From assembly GCA_963740315.1 (NCBI GenBank), contig CAVUDP010000002.1, positions 608,001 through 672,000 of the forward strand: 64,000 nt of DNA, read 5' to 3'. Of the stretch, positions 50,447 to 62,109 are shown piece by piece (position 1 is the first letter of the stretch; every line of letters begins with the position of its first letter). Position numbers and translations under genes: made by a program. The notes beneath the pieces were generated by a model, which was not told where the DNA came from, did not search any database, and saw nothing but the letters and a program-made list of their open reading frames with translations. The DNA is from an uncultured cyanobacterium. GTDB lineage: Bacteria; Cyanobacteriota; Cyanobacteriia; Cyanobacteriales; Nostocaceae.

Positions 50447-51004
50447 ATGAGTTTATCAAACCAGACAGAAGCAGAATTATTTCAAGCATTGCAAGCAGGA
50501 AATTTATCGGCTTTAGGTGCTATTTATGACCGCTATGGCGAAGCTGTATACCGTCTGGCTCTGCGAATTTTAGGGAATACAAGTGAAGCTGAAGACTTGA
50601 CGCAGGAAATCTTTTTGGCATTTTGGCGTAATGCTAAATATGACCCCAATCGAGGGAAAATGATTGTTTATTTACTGACAATGACTAGAAGTAGAGCAAT
50701 CAATCGTTTGCATCAAAAGTCCAGTCAACAAAAGCTTTTACAAAGATGTCAGTGCAGCATTCCGACTCAAACTGAAAGTAATTCGATAGAAAAGGTTTCC
50801 TTAGGAGAAGTATCTCAACTTATTAGTAAAGCTTTAGAAGAAATACCAGAAAATCAACAGCAAGTTTTAAAAATGGCTTACTACGAAGGATTAAGCCAAT
50901 CCGAAATTACCGAACAACTAAATATACCTTTGGGAACAGTAAAAACCCGCACCAGGCAAGGACTTTTAAAACTGAGAAAATTATTAAAGGATTTAGTAGA
51001 TTAA
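50447..51004 (+). CDS. ECF sigma factor (SigK-like)
   Basis: IYDRY, AEDLTQEIF..W, RSRAINRL, AYYEGLSQSEI...L.IPLGTVKTR. Confidence 0.92.
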   Translation: MSLSNQTEAELFQALQAGNLSALGAIYDRYGEAVYRLALRILGNTSEAEDLTQEIFLAFWRNAKYDPNRGKMIVYLLTMTRSRAINRLHQKSSQQKLLQRCQCSIPTQTESNSIEKVSLGEVSQLISKALEEIPENQQQVLKMAYYEGLSQSEITEQLNIPLGTVKTRTRQGLLKLRKLLKDLVD

Positions 51005-51006
51005 TT

Positions 51007-51840
51007 ATGGAATCTGATAAACTACCTTCAAACTGGGAAGCTTTGATAACAGGTTACGTTTTAGGTGACTTAACCCCAGAAGAAGCGACTTTAATTAAAC
51101 AATATTTAGAAACTTATCCAGAATTAGCTGCCGAAGTCGAAAGCTTACAGGCAACTTTAGCGCTGTTTCCCCTCTCCTTACCCGAAACTAAACCACCTGA
51201 AAAACTGCGATCGCAAATTCTCCAAGCAGCAGCAACCGAATTAAATGTAAATCACAACGAAATTTCTTCCCCCTCTCCCCCTCTCCCCCTCTCCCCCCTC
51301 CCCTCTTCTTCTGCCAAAAATTGGCTAAAAATAGCCGGAATAACCGCAGTAGGAATAATTGCAAGTTTGGGATTTTTAAATTATCGACTGCATCAAAAAC
51401 TAGCAACAGCAGAAACCGATTTATCTAATTATCGTTTACAAGCCGAATTATCAAAAACACAGCAAGAATTATCTCGCTATCAAGAAGCTTTATCTGTACT
51501 AAAGCAACCTAATAATCGTTTGTTAGCATTAAAAAGCATTACTCCCGATATCTCTTCTTCCGGAAGTTTGGTAATTGCACCTAACTCAGAAGCCGCAATA
51601 TTAACTTTAAAAAATCTTCCCGATTTACCAGAAGATAAAATTTATCGATTGTGGGCTTTTGTGGATGGCAAAAAAGTCAAATGCGCCAAATTTAATCCGG
51701 ATTCTCAAGGTAAAGTCTTACAGAAAATTCCTTTGCAAAAGTGGGGAAATACTACCGAAGTTTTTGTGACTGTCGAACCAAAAGAAGGTTTTGATTTACC
51801 AGTTGGAGAAACAGTCATAAAAGGTTCTAGAGCGATTTGA
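51007..51840 (+). CDS. RskA-family anti-sigma factor
   Basis: GYVLGDLTPEE N-terminus, one TM helix, C-terminal LP.LP...IYRLW and VTVEP; directly after the ECF sigma gene. Confidence 0.88.
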   Translation: MESDKLPSNWEALITGYVLGDLTPEEATLIKQYLETYPELAAEVESLQATLALFPLSLPETKPPEKLRSQILQAAATELNVNHNEISSPSPPLPLSPLPSSSAKNWLKIAGITAVGIIASLGFLNYRLHQKLATAETDLSNYRLQAELSKTQQELSRYQEALSVLKQPNNRLLALKSITPDISSSGSLVIAPNSEAAILTLKNLPDLPEDKIYRLWAFVDGKKVKCAKFNPDSQGKVLQKIPLQKWGNTTEVFVTVEPKEGFDLPVGETVIKGSRAI

Positions 51841-52168
51841 ATTAATTCTCAAAAAAAATATGTGGATCTGATAAAGCTATTTAACCAGGTTGCATACTTT
51901 TTTATACCTTACAAGCAAATAATTTAACTAGTTTTGATTTCATGTTAGAAACTACTACAAGAATCAAAATTGAATGAAACAAAGCCAGGTAAAGGAAATT
52001 CTTCTTTTGTGTAGGATAACTTCATCTCTTATTTATCAATTCTCTTAAAGTTAGCGCTTCTCTTTATGATTATCATCCGTTGTCTCTCGGATTTACCTCT
52101 CAAAGTGCTTTTGTTAGATTTTGATTGTTGAAGCAAACAATACTTTTTAACAAACGAGGTTTCAAATC

Positions 52169-52900
52169 ATGGCTAACTTATTGCAAAAGGTTTTAGTTTC
52201 CACCACCGTTGGTACAGTCATTGGATTCTCAACCATTCTTGGTGCTATTGATTCAGCATCTGCATTAACAGTTGATTCTCCGGCTAATAATGGTAAACAA
52301 AAAGCTATTTCCAATGTTGTCCTCTACCTTAAAAATAATTCTGGAGAAATAACTAAAGTAAAAGTTGATAATTTCTCTAATGTTCCTGGTGAAGTAAAAA
52401 GTTACGACTCTACGGCACTTTTACAACAATATCCTAATTCTGAAGTAGTAGCTTACACTGTAAAAGCTGGAAACAATAAATCGAATATGGGTCCTGGTGA
52501 AGGTGAATTGGTAATTGTAGACAAACAGTTTTCTAGCAAAAATTTACCTGTAGGTGCTGCTAATGTAGAACGTCAATATTCAGAAGTTTCTAAAATTCAA
52601 CCCAAACAGGAACAATCTACTCCCAATCAATCTGAAGAAGAATCTACTCCTACTCAACCTGAAGAATCTACTCCTACTCAACCTGAAGATACTACTGCTA
52701 CTCAACCTGAAGATACTACTGCTACTCAACCTGAAGATACTACTCCAACCAACGAAGAACCAACTTCTCCTCCAATTGTAATAACTCCTCAGACAAACTC
52801 TTCTACCCAACCAGTTTCAGTTCCCGAACCTGGAAGTATGGCTGCGATCGCAATATTTGGATTAGGTGGATTATTAGGTAAAAAGAAAATATCTTCTTGA
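52169..52900 (+). CDS. PEP-CTERM sorting-domain surface protein with a Pro/Thr/Glu repeat linker
   Basis: Signal peptide (ASA/L); VPEPGS + TM + KKK tail; 21 nt tandem repeats encoding TQPEDTT/TQPEEST at about 52615-52750. Confidence 0.9.
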   Translation: MANLLQKVLVSTTVGTVIGFSTILGAIDSASALTVDSPANNGKQKAISNVVLYLKNNSGEITKVKVDNFSNVPGEVKSYDSTALLQQYPNSEVVAYTVKAGNNKSNMGPGEGELVIVDKQFSSKNLPVGAANVERQYSEVSKIQPKQEQSTPNQSEEESTPTQPEESTPTQPEDTTATQPEDTTATQPEDTTPTNEEPTSPPIVITPQTNSSTQPVSVPEPGSMAAIAIFGLGGLLGKKKISS

Positions 52901-53191
52901 ATATTTACCAAAATTAAAAGGGTTGCATCACTATTTATATTATTTAATTTGAGCGAAAATTTTAACTATGTTTGGAAAATATAAATAATTATCTTTTCCA
53001 AACATACTAGCAATAATATTTTTTCATACTCCTACACTCTTATTTATCGAGTCTAGGAGTATTCTTCTGTTAATAAGCCAATCATTTTTTTGTCAGAGAA
53101 AAGCACAATCGCATTTTCAATTAACTTTACTTCGATTCCAATCTAATATACCATCCAGGTAAAAAGTAAATTTAATTACAATTTTCCCATC

Positions 53192-54604
53192 ATGAATAAT
53201 TCTTCTCCACAAAGAACTGTTACTTCCCAAAGAGAACAATTAAACTTCACAACTAAATTAGCTTATGGTGCTGGAGAATTGGGGGGAGCAATTCCGAACA
53301 ACATTTTGGTATTTTTTGTGTTATTTTTCTTTACCAATGTTGCCGGATTAAATGCAGGTTTGGCTGGTACCTTGATATTAGTTGGTAAAGCTTGGGATTC
53401 AATAAATGACCCTTTAATTGGTTGGTTAAGCGATAAAACTCGTTCTCGTTTGGGTAGGCGTTACCCTTGGATGCTAATTGGTGCAATTCCTCTTGCAATA
53501 TCTTTTTGCTTACTTTGGTTTACTCCACCAATCGCAAACCAATGGCTAAAATTTGCTTACTATAATATTATTTTTATTGTTTATTATGCTGCTGTTAGTT
53601 CTGTATGGGTTCCTCATTCTACATTAGGAGCAGAATTAACAACTACTTATAATGAGCGTACCGACATTATTGGTTTTAGGTCTTCTTTTGCAATCGGTGG
53701 TAGTATATTCGCTTTAATTTTAGCCCAAATAGTTTTAGATAACTTTGAAGCTCCCCAAAGCTATTTTTACATGGCTGTTATTGCTAGTTTAATATCATTT
53801 TTAGCAGTTTATTTTTGCGTTTGGGGAACTTATAAACGTTACAAAATTATTCAAAATCAACGCGAACAAATTAAACGCGAACCACCAGAACCGCTTTTAC
53901 AACAAATTAAAATAGCTTTAAGCAACAAACCATTTCTTTGCGTAGTTGGAATTTATCTTTGTTCTTGGTTGGGAACCCAAGTAACGGCAGCAGTATTACC
54001 TTATTTCGTCGTAGACTGGATGCAATTGCCGAAAAATCACTTCACCCAAATGGCTTTAGCAATCCAAGGAACAGCATTAATATTAATGCCTTTCTGGAGC
54101 ATCATGGGACAAAAATTTGGTAAAAAAGCTATTTACTGTATGGGCATACCCGGAACAATAATCGCTCAAGCTGGATTTTTCTTTCTGCAACCGGGACAAA
54201 CTGTATTAATGTATATCTTGTCAGTTATGGCAGGAATTGGTATTTCAGTTGCCTATATTACACCTTGGGCAATGTTACCAGATGTAGTAGATTTAGATGA
54301 ATTAAATACAGGACAACGTAGAGAAGGAATTTTTTACGGATTCGTTGTACAAACGCAAAAACTTTGTGTTGCATTAGCGATATTTTTAGTTGGCAAAACA
54401 TTAGATTCATCGGGATTAATACCCACAGTTGCGTCTCAAGCACCTCCAATACAGCCAGATTCCGCATTATGGGCAATTCGCTTAATAATTGGTCCCATCC
54501 CAACTTTACTTCTAATTATCGGTTTCGTTATTGCTTATATTTATCCAATTACTCGATCCAAACATGAAGAAATCGTTTTGAAACTAAAAGAAAGGAGGGA
54601 GTAG
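53192..54604 (+). CDS. MFS transporter, GPH (MelB-like) glycoside/cation symporter
   Basis: KLAYGAG, WDSINDPLIGWLSDKTRSRLGRRYPW, WAMLPDVVD.DE..TGQRREG. Confidence 0.92.
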   Translation: MNNSSPQRTVTSQREQLNFTTKLAYGAGELGGAIPNNILVFFVLFFFTNVAGLNAGLAGTLILVGKAWDSINDPLIGWLSDKTRSRLGRRYPWMLIGAIPLAISFCLLWFTPPIANQWLKFAYYNIIFIVYYAAVSSVWVPHSTLGAELTTTYNERTDIIGFRSSFAIGGSIFALILAQIVLDNFEAPQSYFYMAVIASLISFLAVYFCVWGTYKRYKIIQNQREQIKREPPEPLLQQIKIALSNKPFLCVVGIYLCSWLGTQVTAAVLPYFVVDWMQLPKNHFTQMALAIQGTALILMPFWSIMGQKFGKKAIYCMGIPGTIIAQAGFFFLQPGQTVLMYILSVMAGIGISVAYITPWAMLPDVVDLDELNTGQRREGIFYGFVVQTQKLCVALAIFLVGKTLDSSGLIPTVASQAPPIQPDSALWAIRLIIGPIPTLLLIIGFVIAYIYPITRSKHEEIVLKLKERRE

Positions 54605-54780
54605 GGGATTGGGCATGGGGCATGGGGCATTGGTAATTGGTATACGCCCGCACGCAATACCTACGGTACGCAACGCTTGCCGCGTGAATGGTAATTGGGC
54701 ATTGAGAATTAGGAATATAATTTTAAAAAAATATGTTGATTCATAAAGTATGTATTTGAGAATTGAGAATTGTTTGAAAA

Positions 54781-55260
54781 ATGTCTTACTTATTCTTACC
54801 AATGAGTGAAGAAAACGCTCGAAAAATATTCAATTGGCGTTATGATGAATCACTCAACTTGTACAATCCCAATCTTTCTAAAATTGAAGAAACCGTACAA
54901 GATTTTTTAAATCCTGAAAACGCTTATTACAGTATTACTAATAGCCATGATGAACTTGTAGCCTATTGTTGCTTTGGTGCAGATGCACGAGTCAAAGGTG
55001 GTAATTACGATATTGAAGCGTTAGATATTGGGTTTGGGATGCGTCCAAATTTAACAAGACGAGGAATTACTTTTCGGATAATTAATGCTGTATATGATTT
55101 CGCTAAAAGTCATTTTGAATCAACTTTATTCCGCGTTACGGTGGCTGAATTTAATCAGCAAGCACTAAGACTATATGAAAAAGCTGGTTTTAAACAAGTT
55201 CAGAAGTTTCAACGAGAGCAAGATGGTATCTATTTTTTGGTTTTGATATTAAAAATATAA
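54781..55260 (+). CDS. GNAT N-acetyltransferase (RimJ/RimL-like)
   Basis: IFNWRY, DIGFGMRPNLTRRG, VAEFNQQALRLYEKAGF. Confidence 0.85.
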   Translation: MSYLFLPMSEENARKIFNWRYDESLNLYNPNLSKIEETVQDFLNPENAYYSITNSHDELVAYCCFGADARVKGGNYDIEALDIGFGMRPNLTRRGITFRIINAVYDFAKSHFESTLFRVTVAEFNQQALRLYEKAGFKQVQKFQREQDGIYFLVLILKI

Positions 55261-55341
55261 AAAATCATTTGTAGTGTTCGCATCTTGCTCCCTAATCCTA
55301 TAATAAACGAGTAAAATACTCATTTTTATAAGGTAAACATT

Positions 55342-56067
55342 TTATTTTTTCTGAGTATTTACAAGCTTATAGTCAGTCAATTTAAACAGCGTAGCAGCCC
55401 AACGTTCGTTAGGGTAACTTTCTTTAACTTCCCCACTAAAACGAATCTTCAATCCATTTTGTTTAAATTTGTTAGGGAAATTACAAGGCGCGAATCTACT
55501 TCTACCATCTTCAGTAACTATAATATAAAGCTTGTCATGAATACGCTGAATTGTACCAACTTGATTTTCTACTTTTTCAACAGTTTTTCTACTATCAAAA
55601 GCGCATTTAGAAGTATTTTCTACTTTCCTACCAATCAATCCTAATTCCCTTAGCTCTTCTCTAGTTTTAGCATCCCAAGGGCGTACCGATCCAAAAGCAC
55701 CATCATAGACTGCACTCCAGGGTTGAGTACCTTTATTCTCTGCAAAAAATATGTAATTTCCACCTGGTTTTTGAATAATATTATCGCAGGAAGTAAGATT
55801 AAATCCTTTAAGATTTACAAGTTTGGGTCCAACACCTTTTAAATATCGTTTAACGTAAATTGTAAGCGTATCTCCTTTAACTCTTCTTACAACTCCTTGA
55901 AAAACTATAGGAGTGCTATTTACTCTTTGAGCAATAGTTGCTGGTTCACTCCCTGGTCCTGGTCTACAAGCATGAGCGGGCTGCATGGGAGATATTATAG
56001 AAATGAAAACTGGTAGACCAAATCCGATAATTGCTAATAGGTAGCGAGAAGATTTTACGTTCAACAT
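55342..56067 (-). CDS. Secreted hypothetical protein with a TIMP/NTR-like N-terminal domain
   Basis: Signal peptide ending AHA/C; VFQGVV, SC and YIFFA pattern; second small C-terminal domain. Confidence 0.6.
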   Translation of the reverse strand: MLNVKSSRYLLAIIGFGLPVFISIISPMQPAHACRPGPGSEPATIAQRVNSTPIVFQGVVRRVKGDTLTIYVKRYLKGVGPKLVNLKGFNLTSCDNIIQKPGGNYIFFAENKGTQPWSAVYDGAFGSVRPWDAKTREELRELGLIGRKVENTSKCAFDSRKTVEKVENQVGTIQRIHDKLYIIVTEDGRSRFAPCNFPNKFKQNGLKIRFSGEVKESYPNERWAATLFKLTDYKLVNTQKK

Positions 56068-56451
56068 AAATTATTAATCAATTGATAAAAATACAAAAAT
56101 CAACATTCAGAGATACTTCAACAACAAATAAGACTTTACAAATTTAAGTGAAGTTCCTATCGTTAAACTATTTGATAAAAATCATTTTATATCTTTAGAT
56201 AGAATAGATGCGAAGATAATACTAGATTTATCCTTTGTAATTTAACGCTTATTTATAGTTGTCTACTAGACGAAACTATCAGAATCAACATTTCCCAAAA
56301 ATCTACAAAATATGGTAGGAAACATTAATATACTACTTCACCAAATTTTCGGATTTAACCAAATTATCGATATAAATCAAAATAATAGATCCAGACGTAG
56401 CAGTGCTACACAAATAAAAATAAACAACTTTAATCCAAAATCCAAAATCCC

Positions 56452-57630
56452 ATGTCCGACACTCAACAAGTAAGCAACGCTGTAGCTAGTCTTTATAATA
56501 CCTACCCTTTTCCCCCGGAACCCTTACTCGACGAACCACCACCGGGTTACAATTGGCGCTGGAATTGGTTGGCTGCTTACAATTTTTGCACGGGACGAAA
56601 ACCGCAAAAACAAGATATTCGTATTCTTGATGCGGGTTGTGGCACTGGTGTGGGCACGGAATATTTAGTTCATCTCAATCCCCAAGCAACTGTAGTCGGA
56701 ATTGATTTAAGTGAAGGTGCGCTGAATGTTGCCAAAGAAAGATGCCAGCGCTCTGGTGCGAATCGTGCTGAATTTCATCATCTAAGTTTATTTGATGTAG
56801 AAAAAATATCTGGTGAATTCGATCTAATTAACTGCGTCGGCGTTTTGCACCATACATCAGAACCGATTCGTGGTATTCAAGCTTTAGCTAAAAAATTAGC
56901 CCCCGGTGGTTTGATGCATATCTTTGTATATGCTGAATTAGGACGCTGGGAAATTCGTTTGATGCAACAGGCGATCGCACTTCTCCAAAATGATAAACGC
57001 GGCGATTATCGCGATGGTGTCAGCGTCGGTAGAAAGATTTTTGATTCTCTCCCCGAAAATAATCGCATAGTCAAACGAGAAAAAGAAAGATGGGCTTTAG
57101 AAAATCAGCGCGATGAAAACTTTGCCGATATGTACGTTCATCCCCAAGAGATTGATTACAATATCGAAACTTTGTTTGAGTTAATTGACGCTTCCGGTTT
57201 AGATTTCGTTGGTTTCTCCAATCCCAGCTACTGGAATTTAGAAAGACTTTTAACAAAAGCACCAGAATTAATCGAAAGAGCGAATCACTTGGGAGAACAA
57301 GAACGTTATAGATTGATAGAATTATTAGACCCAGATATTAGTCACTACGAGTTTTTTCTGAGTCGTCCACCTTTAGATAAAGCCGATTGGAATGATGATA
57401 ATGCAATCCTAGCGGCAATACCAGAATTAAATCCTTGTATAGATGGATTTCCGGCATCAAGTATATTTAATTACGACTATCAACTAGTTAGATTGTCAGA
57501 AAGCGAGATTGAATTTATGCAAGCCTGCGACAGTTGCTCAACAGTAAAAGAGATTTTGAATAAAGTTCAACTCGACTTAGAAAAAGTCAAAGAACTTCAG
57601 AAACAACAATTGATAATAGTTAGTGGTTAG
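56452..57630 (+). CDS. Class I SAM-dependent methyltransferase
   Basis: ILDAGCGTG, GIDLS, FDLINCVGVLHH, LAPGG. Confidence 0.92.
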   Translation: MSDTQQVSNAVASLYNTYPFPPEPLLDEPPPGYNWRWNWLAAYNFCTGRKPQKQDIRILDAGCGTGVGTEYLVHLNPQATVVGIDLSEGALNVAKERCQRSGANRAEFHHLSLFDVEKISGEFDLINCVGVLHHTSEPIRGIQALAKKLAPGGLMHIFVYAELGRWEIRLMQQAIALLQNDKRGDYRDGVSVGRKIFDSLPENNRIVKREKERWALENQRDENFADMYVHPQEIDYNIETLFELIDASGLDFVGFSNPSYWNLERLLTKAPELIERANHLGEQERYRLIELLDPDISHYEFFLSRPPLDKADWNDDNAILAAIPELNPCIDGFPASSIFNYDYQLVRLSESEIEFMQACDSCSTVKEILNKVQLDLEKVKELQKQQLIIVSG

Positions 57631-57912
57631 TGGTTAGTGGTTAGTGGTTAGTGGTTGGGCATTGGGCATTGGGAATTGGGCATTGGGCATTGGGCATCGG
57701 GAATTGAAATTATTAAGTAGTGCGTTAGCGAAGCGTGTCCGCCAGGACATGCATCTTGCTCGCTCGATACAAGATCGCAAGATGCTCGCACTCCCCCCAT
57801 CCCCCCATCCCCCCATCCCCCCATCTCCCCATCTCCCCATCCCCCCATCCCCCCATCCCCCCATCTCCCCATCCCCCCATCTCCCGATTACCAATTCCCC
57901 ATTACCCATTCC
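57617..57912. repeat. STRR cluster (TAGTGGT, TGGGCAT, CCCCCCAT/CTCCCCAT) with an embedded REP doublet
   Basis: Tandem 7-8-mers plus GCATCTTGCTCGC..GCAAGATGCTCGCAC. Confidence 0.85.
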
Positions 57913-58311
57913 CAAACCACAACTGTTCCGAGTTAACAGTTCAACAAGAGGTAAATGCTAATATCGCTGATGACAACTGTTTAAAGTCCGGAGTAAAATC
58001 CGGGATGAGGGTTTTTGCGAAAGCTATCTTCTTCTCTCCAAAAATGTCGAAATAGATAGCTTTGGGAAAATCATATTTATCTGGTTTTGTCAACCGTGTA
58101 CTAGTATAATTTTAGCTACGATTTTTCTTCACTAAGGTTGTTTATGGTTGTAAATGTGTCGAAAAATTAAGGTGGACAGTTAGTTGAATGATGTTTGATG
58201 GTAACAAGAAGTTAATTGTTTTTTTCTAAAGTAATGTTACCCAACCGTGATATGATTCAACTGACTGGATTTACAGTCAACATCAAACGGAATGTACTGG
58301 TTTCAAGTCCC

Positions 58312-58746
58312 GTGAGCTTGTCAGATAATACGATTGAATCCGCGCCTTCGACAATAGAAAATGCTCAAGCTGGTTCTGAGAATGCTCCAGCGGATTCCAT
58401 GCAAGATTTCTACAAACTCTATCAAGAGTTGTTAGTTATTACTCTTGCTTTAACGGGGATTATTTTTGTCTCTGTTTGGATATATTATTCCTTAAACATT
58501 GCTCTAAATTATTTAATTGGAGGATGTGCGGGTTTAGTTTATCTCAGGTTGTTGGCAAAAGATGTTGAGCGCTTGGGTAGAGAAAAGCAACAGCTGAGTA
58601 AAACTCGGTTGGCTTTACTAGTGTTGTTGATTTTGCTAGCAGGAAAGTGGAATCAATTGGAAATATTGCCTATATTTTTAGGCTTTTTAACCTATAAAGC
58701 AACGCTGATAATCTACGTAATTCGTGTGGCATTCAATCCTGACTAG
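58312..58746 (+). CDS. atp1: ATP synthase protein I (Atp1); GTG start at 58312 likely
   Basis: [31 protein letters not shown]; first gene of the atp operon. Confidence 0.9.
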   Translation: MSLSDNTIESAPSTIENAQAGSENAPADSMQDFYKLYQELLVITLALTGIIFVSVWIYYSLNIALNYLIGGCAGLVYLRLLAKDVERLGREKQQLSKTRLALLVLLILLAGKWNQLEILPIFLGFLTYKATLIIYVIRVAFNPD

Positions 58747-58821
58747 CATAAAACTGGGTAACTCAAAACGCGATCTATCCAGTTAATATGGTCGAAACGT
58801 AGATTAGGTCAAGAAAAGAAA

Positions 58822-59580
58822 ATGGTAGATTTTCTGAATTCTTTTAATTCTGTGACTCTTGCAGAATTGGAAGTAGGAAAACATTTGTACTGGCAAATCG
58901 GTAACTTAAAATTACACGGACAGGTGTTTCTAACTTCCTGGTTTGTAATTGCCGTGCTGGTGATTGTTTCCCTCTTAGCAAGCAGTAATATTAAGCGGAT
59001 TCCGAGCGGTATACAGAATTTAATGGAGTATGCCCTCGAATTCATTCGAGATTTGGCTAAAAACCAGATTGGCGAGAAAGAATATCGCCCTTGGGTGCCA
59101 TTCGTAGGCACTTTGTTTTTGTTCATTTTTGTGTCAAATTGGTCTGGGGCACTTGTTCCTTTCAAGTTGATAAAGTTACCTGAAGGCGAATTAACTGCTC
59201 CTACTAGTGACATCAATACAACTATTGCCTTAGCTTTGTTGACATCATTAGCGTATTTTTACGCTGGGTTCAGCAAAAAGGGTTTAGGGTACTTTGGCAA
59301 CTACGTCCAACCAGTATCGTTCATGTTGCCTTTCAAGATAATTGAAGACTTCACAAAGCCTCTTTCCCTAAGCTTCCGTTTGTTCGGTAATATTTTGGCT
59401 GATGAGCTGGTTGTGGGAGTATTAGTCTTACTAGTACCTTTATTTGTGCCACTACCTGTGATGGCTTTGGGTTTATTTACCAGCGCTATTCAGGCACTAA
59501 TTTTTGCAACTTTGGCGGCTGCTTACATCGGTGAAGCGTTAGAAGACCACCACGGTGCTGAAGAACATGGGGAACATTAA
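58822..59580 (+). CDS. atpB: ATP synthase F0 subunit a (cyanobacterial atpI)
   Basis: [33 protein letters not shown]. Confidence 0.98.
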   Translation: MVDFLNSFNSVTLAELEVGKHLYWQIGNLKLHGQVFLTSWFVIAVLVIVSLLASSNIKRIPSGIQNLMEYALEFIRDLAKNQIGEKEYRPWVPFVGTLFLFIFVSNWSGALVPFKLIKLPEGELTAPTSDINTTIALALLTSLAYFYAGFSKKGLGYFGNYVQPVSFMLPFKIIEDFTKPLSLSFRLFGNILADELVVGVLVLLVPLFVPLPVMALGLFTSAIQALIFATLAAAYIGEALEDHHGAEEHGEH

Positions 59581-59662
59581 CAACCCCCATAACCCCGTTA
59601 TTTGTTGGTAATAGAAAGTTATTGTTTGAATGATTAGTTATTAACTAACAATTAACAACTAA

Positions 59663-59995
<333 letters not shown>

Positions 59996-60158
59996 TTATA
60001 AGTACTGAGTACTGAAAAGTTGTAGAGACGTAGCATTGCTACGTCTGTACAGTTAGGAGTGAAGAGTTAGCAATTTCTTAGTAACTCAGAACTTGTAACT
60101 CAGAACTTGTAACTAGTAATTCAAAACTCATAACTAGTAAAAGTTGGAGCAAACTTTG

Positions 60159-60650
60159 ATGATTCATTGGACAACTTTGTTAGCTGTAGAAGAAGTTGCC
60201 AAAGAGGGTGGTCTTTTTGACATAGACGCAACTCTTCCTTTGATGGCAATTCAGTTTCTACTTTTAGCATTAATTCTGAACGCACTTTTTTACAAGCCGT
60301 TGGGCAAAGCAATTGATGAACGGAACGAGTATATCCGTAACAGTCAATTGGAAGCAAAAGAACGTTTGACAAAAACGGAAAAATTAGCGCAGCAATACGA
60401 AGAAGAATTAGCAGGTGCAAGAAGAGCAGCACAAAAAGTAATTGCTGATGCTCAAAAGGAAGCCCAGATTACTGCTTCGGAGAAAGTAGCAGCAGCTCAA
60501 CAAGAAGCGCAAGCACAAAGAGAAGAAGCGGCTCAAGAAATTGAGCAGCAAAAAAAAGAAGCTTTTGCTTCTTTGGAGAAAGAAGTTGATGGTTTATCTC
60601 GCCAAATATTAGAAAAGCTTTTAGGAGCGGATTTAGCAGCTCAACGCTAA
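60159..60650 (+). CDS. atpG: ATP synthase F0 subunit b' (cyanobacterial atpG)
   Basis: [17 protein letters not shown]...FYKPL; position in operon. Confidence 0.95.
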   Translation: MIHWTTLLAVEEVAKEGGLFDIDATLPLMAIQFLLLALILNALFYKPLGKAIDERNEYIRNSQLEAKERLTKTEKLAQQYEEELAGARRAAQKVIADAQKEAQITASEKVAAAQQEAQAQREEAAQEIEQQKKEAFASLEKEVDGLSRQILEKLLGADLAAQR

Positions 60651-60988
60651 CAAACTATAACTTGCTCGATAAAGGAAAGTTTGTAAAATTGTTTGGCTCG
60701 AATTCAGTAACTACTGGTTTGTAATTCGTAATTATTACCCCATATGTAAGTAAAGGGTCAATTCAATTTTGGATTTTAGATTTTGGATTGTTGATTCCTT
60801 AGAAATAAGGTAGAGGCAATTTTTTATTTTAACCAACGCCCTGCTTAAAATAAAAATGATTAATTACGAATTATAAAAAAAGTAAATTACTACTAGTCCT
60901 AAAGGTTATAGAGATATCTATAGATGCTTGAATTATATAGCATCGTAATTTTTTATGCCGAAGGTAGCGCAATAGTGGATGAAATAAC

Positions 60989-61546
60989 ATGGCGACTTTT
61001 TTGATATTGATGGCTGAAGCTAGCGCCATCGGAAGTGAGTTAGTAGAGGAAGCAGGTCACGAAGGTTTTGGTTTAAATACCGACATCTTTGACACTAACC
61101 TGATTAATCTAGCAATTATTATCGTAGTGCTGTTCGTTTTTGGACGGAAAGCTTTAGGTAGTACTTTAAAAGAACGCCGCGAGAAGATTGAAGCGGCAAT
61201 CAAAGCTGCTGAAAAACGTACTCAAGATGCACAAACTGGTTTAGCTGACCAACAAAAGAAATTGGCTCAAGCTCAAGCAGAAGCTGAAAGAATCAAGCAA
61301 GCAGGACAAGAAAACGCTGGTAAAGCTAAAGAATCGATACTCGCACAAGCCGCTGTTGATGTGGAAAGAATGAAGCAGACAGCAGCAGCAGATTTAAATA
61401 CAGAAAGAGACAAAGCCATCAACCAGCTGCGACAGCGCGTAGTCGCGATTGCTTTGGAGAAAGTAGAGTCGCAACTCCGTGGTGGAATTGCCGACGATGC
61501 TCAGCATACATTAGTTGACCGTAGCATCGCGCAATTAGGAAGTTAA
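60989..61546 (+). CDS. atpF: ATP synthase F0 subunit b
   Basis: [16 protein letters not shown]; coiled coil. Confidence 0.96.
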   Translation: MATFLILMAEASAIGSELVEEAGHEGFGLNTDIFDTNLINLAIIIVVLFVFGRKALGSTLKERREKIEAAIKAAEKRTQDAQTGLADQQKKLAQAQAEAERIKQAGQENAGKAKESILAQAAVDVERMKQTAAADLNTERDKAINQLRQRVVAIALEKVESQLRGGIADDAQHTLVDRSIAQLGS

Positions 61547-61548
61547 TT

Positions 61549-62109
61549 ATGGCAAGTAACACAGCAGCAACCGCAGCAGTATCCCGTCCTTACGCTGAAG
61601 CGCTAATGTCTATAGCGCAGTCAAACAACGTTGCAGATAAGTTTGACTCTGATGTACGTTCTTTATTGAACTTAATCAAAGAAAGCCAACCCCTGCAAAC
61701 TTTTTTTGCCAATCCGTTTATTGATGGTGAAGATAAAAAGGGTGTTATTCGCAAGATACTTAGCGACGACACCAACCCAATGTTCCGTAACTTTTTGATG
61801 CTGTTAGTAGATAGACGGCGAATTATATTGCTGGAGGACATAGCCCAGGAATATTTAACCCAGTTGCGAGAATTAAATCAAGTAGTATTAGCGGAAGTGA
61901 TTTCTGCCGTTCCTCTCACCGACGAACAAAAGCAGACAATCAAGGAAAAAGTCAAATCAATTGAACCAAATGCTCGCGAAGTCGAGTTAGATTCTAAGAT
62001 TGATAGCGACATTATTGGTGGCGTAATTATTAAAGTTGGTTCTCAGGTAGTTGACTCCAGTTTACGAGGTCAATTACGCCGCTTAACTTTAAACTTGAAT
62101 AAAGGCTAA
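61549..62109 (+). CDS. atpH: ATP synthase F1 subunit delta (cyanobacterial atpD)
   Basis: PYAEAL, NFLMLLVDRRR, IIGGVIIKVGSQVVDSS. Confidence 0.97.
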   Translation: MASNTAATAAVSRPYAEALMSIAQSNNVADKFDSDVRSLLNLIKESQPLQTFFANPFIDGEDKKGVIRKILSDDTNPMFRNFLMLLVDRRRIILLEDIAQEYLTQLRELNQVVLAEVISAVPLTDEQKQTIKEKVKSIEPNAREVELDSKIDSDIIGGVIIKVGSQVVDSSLRGQLRRLTLNLNKG

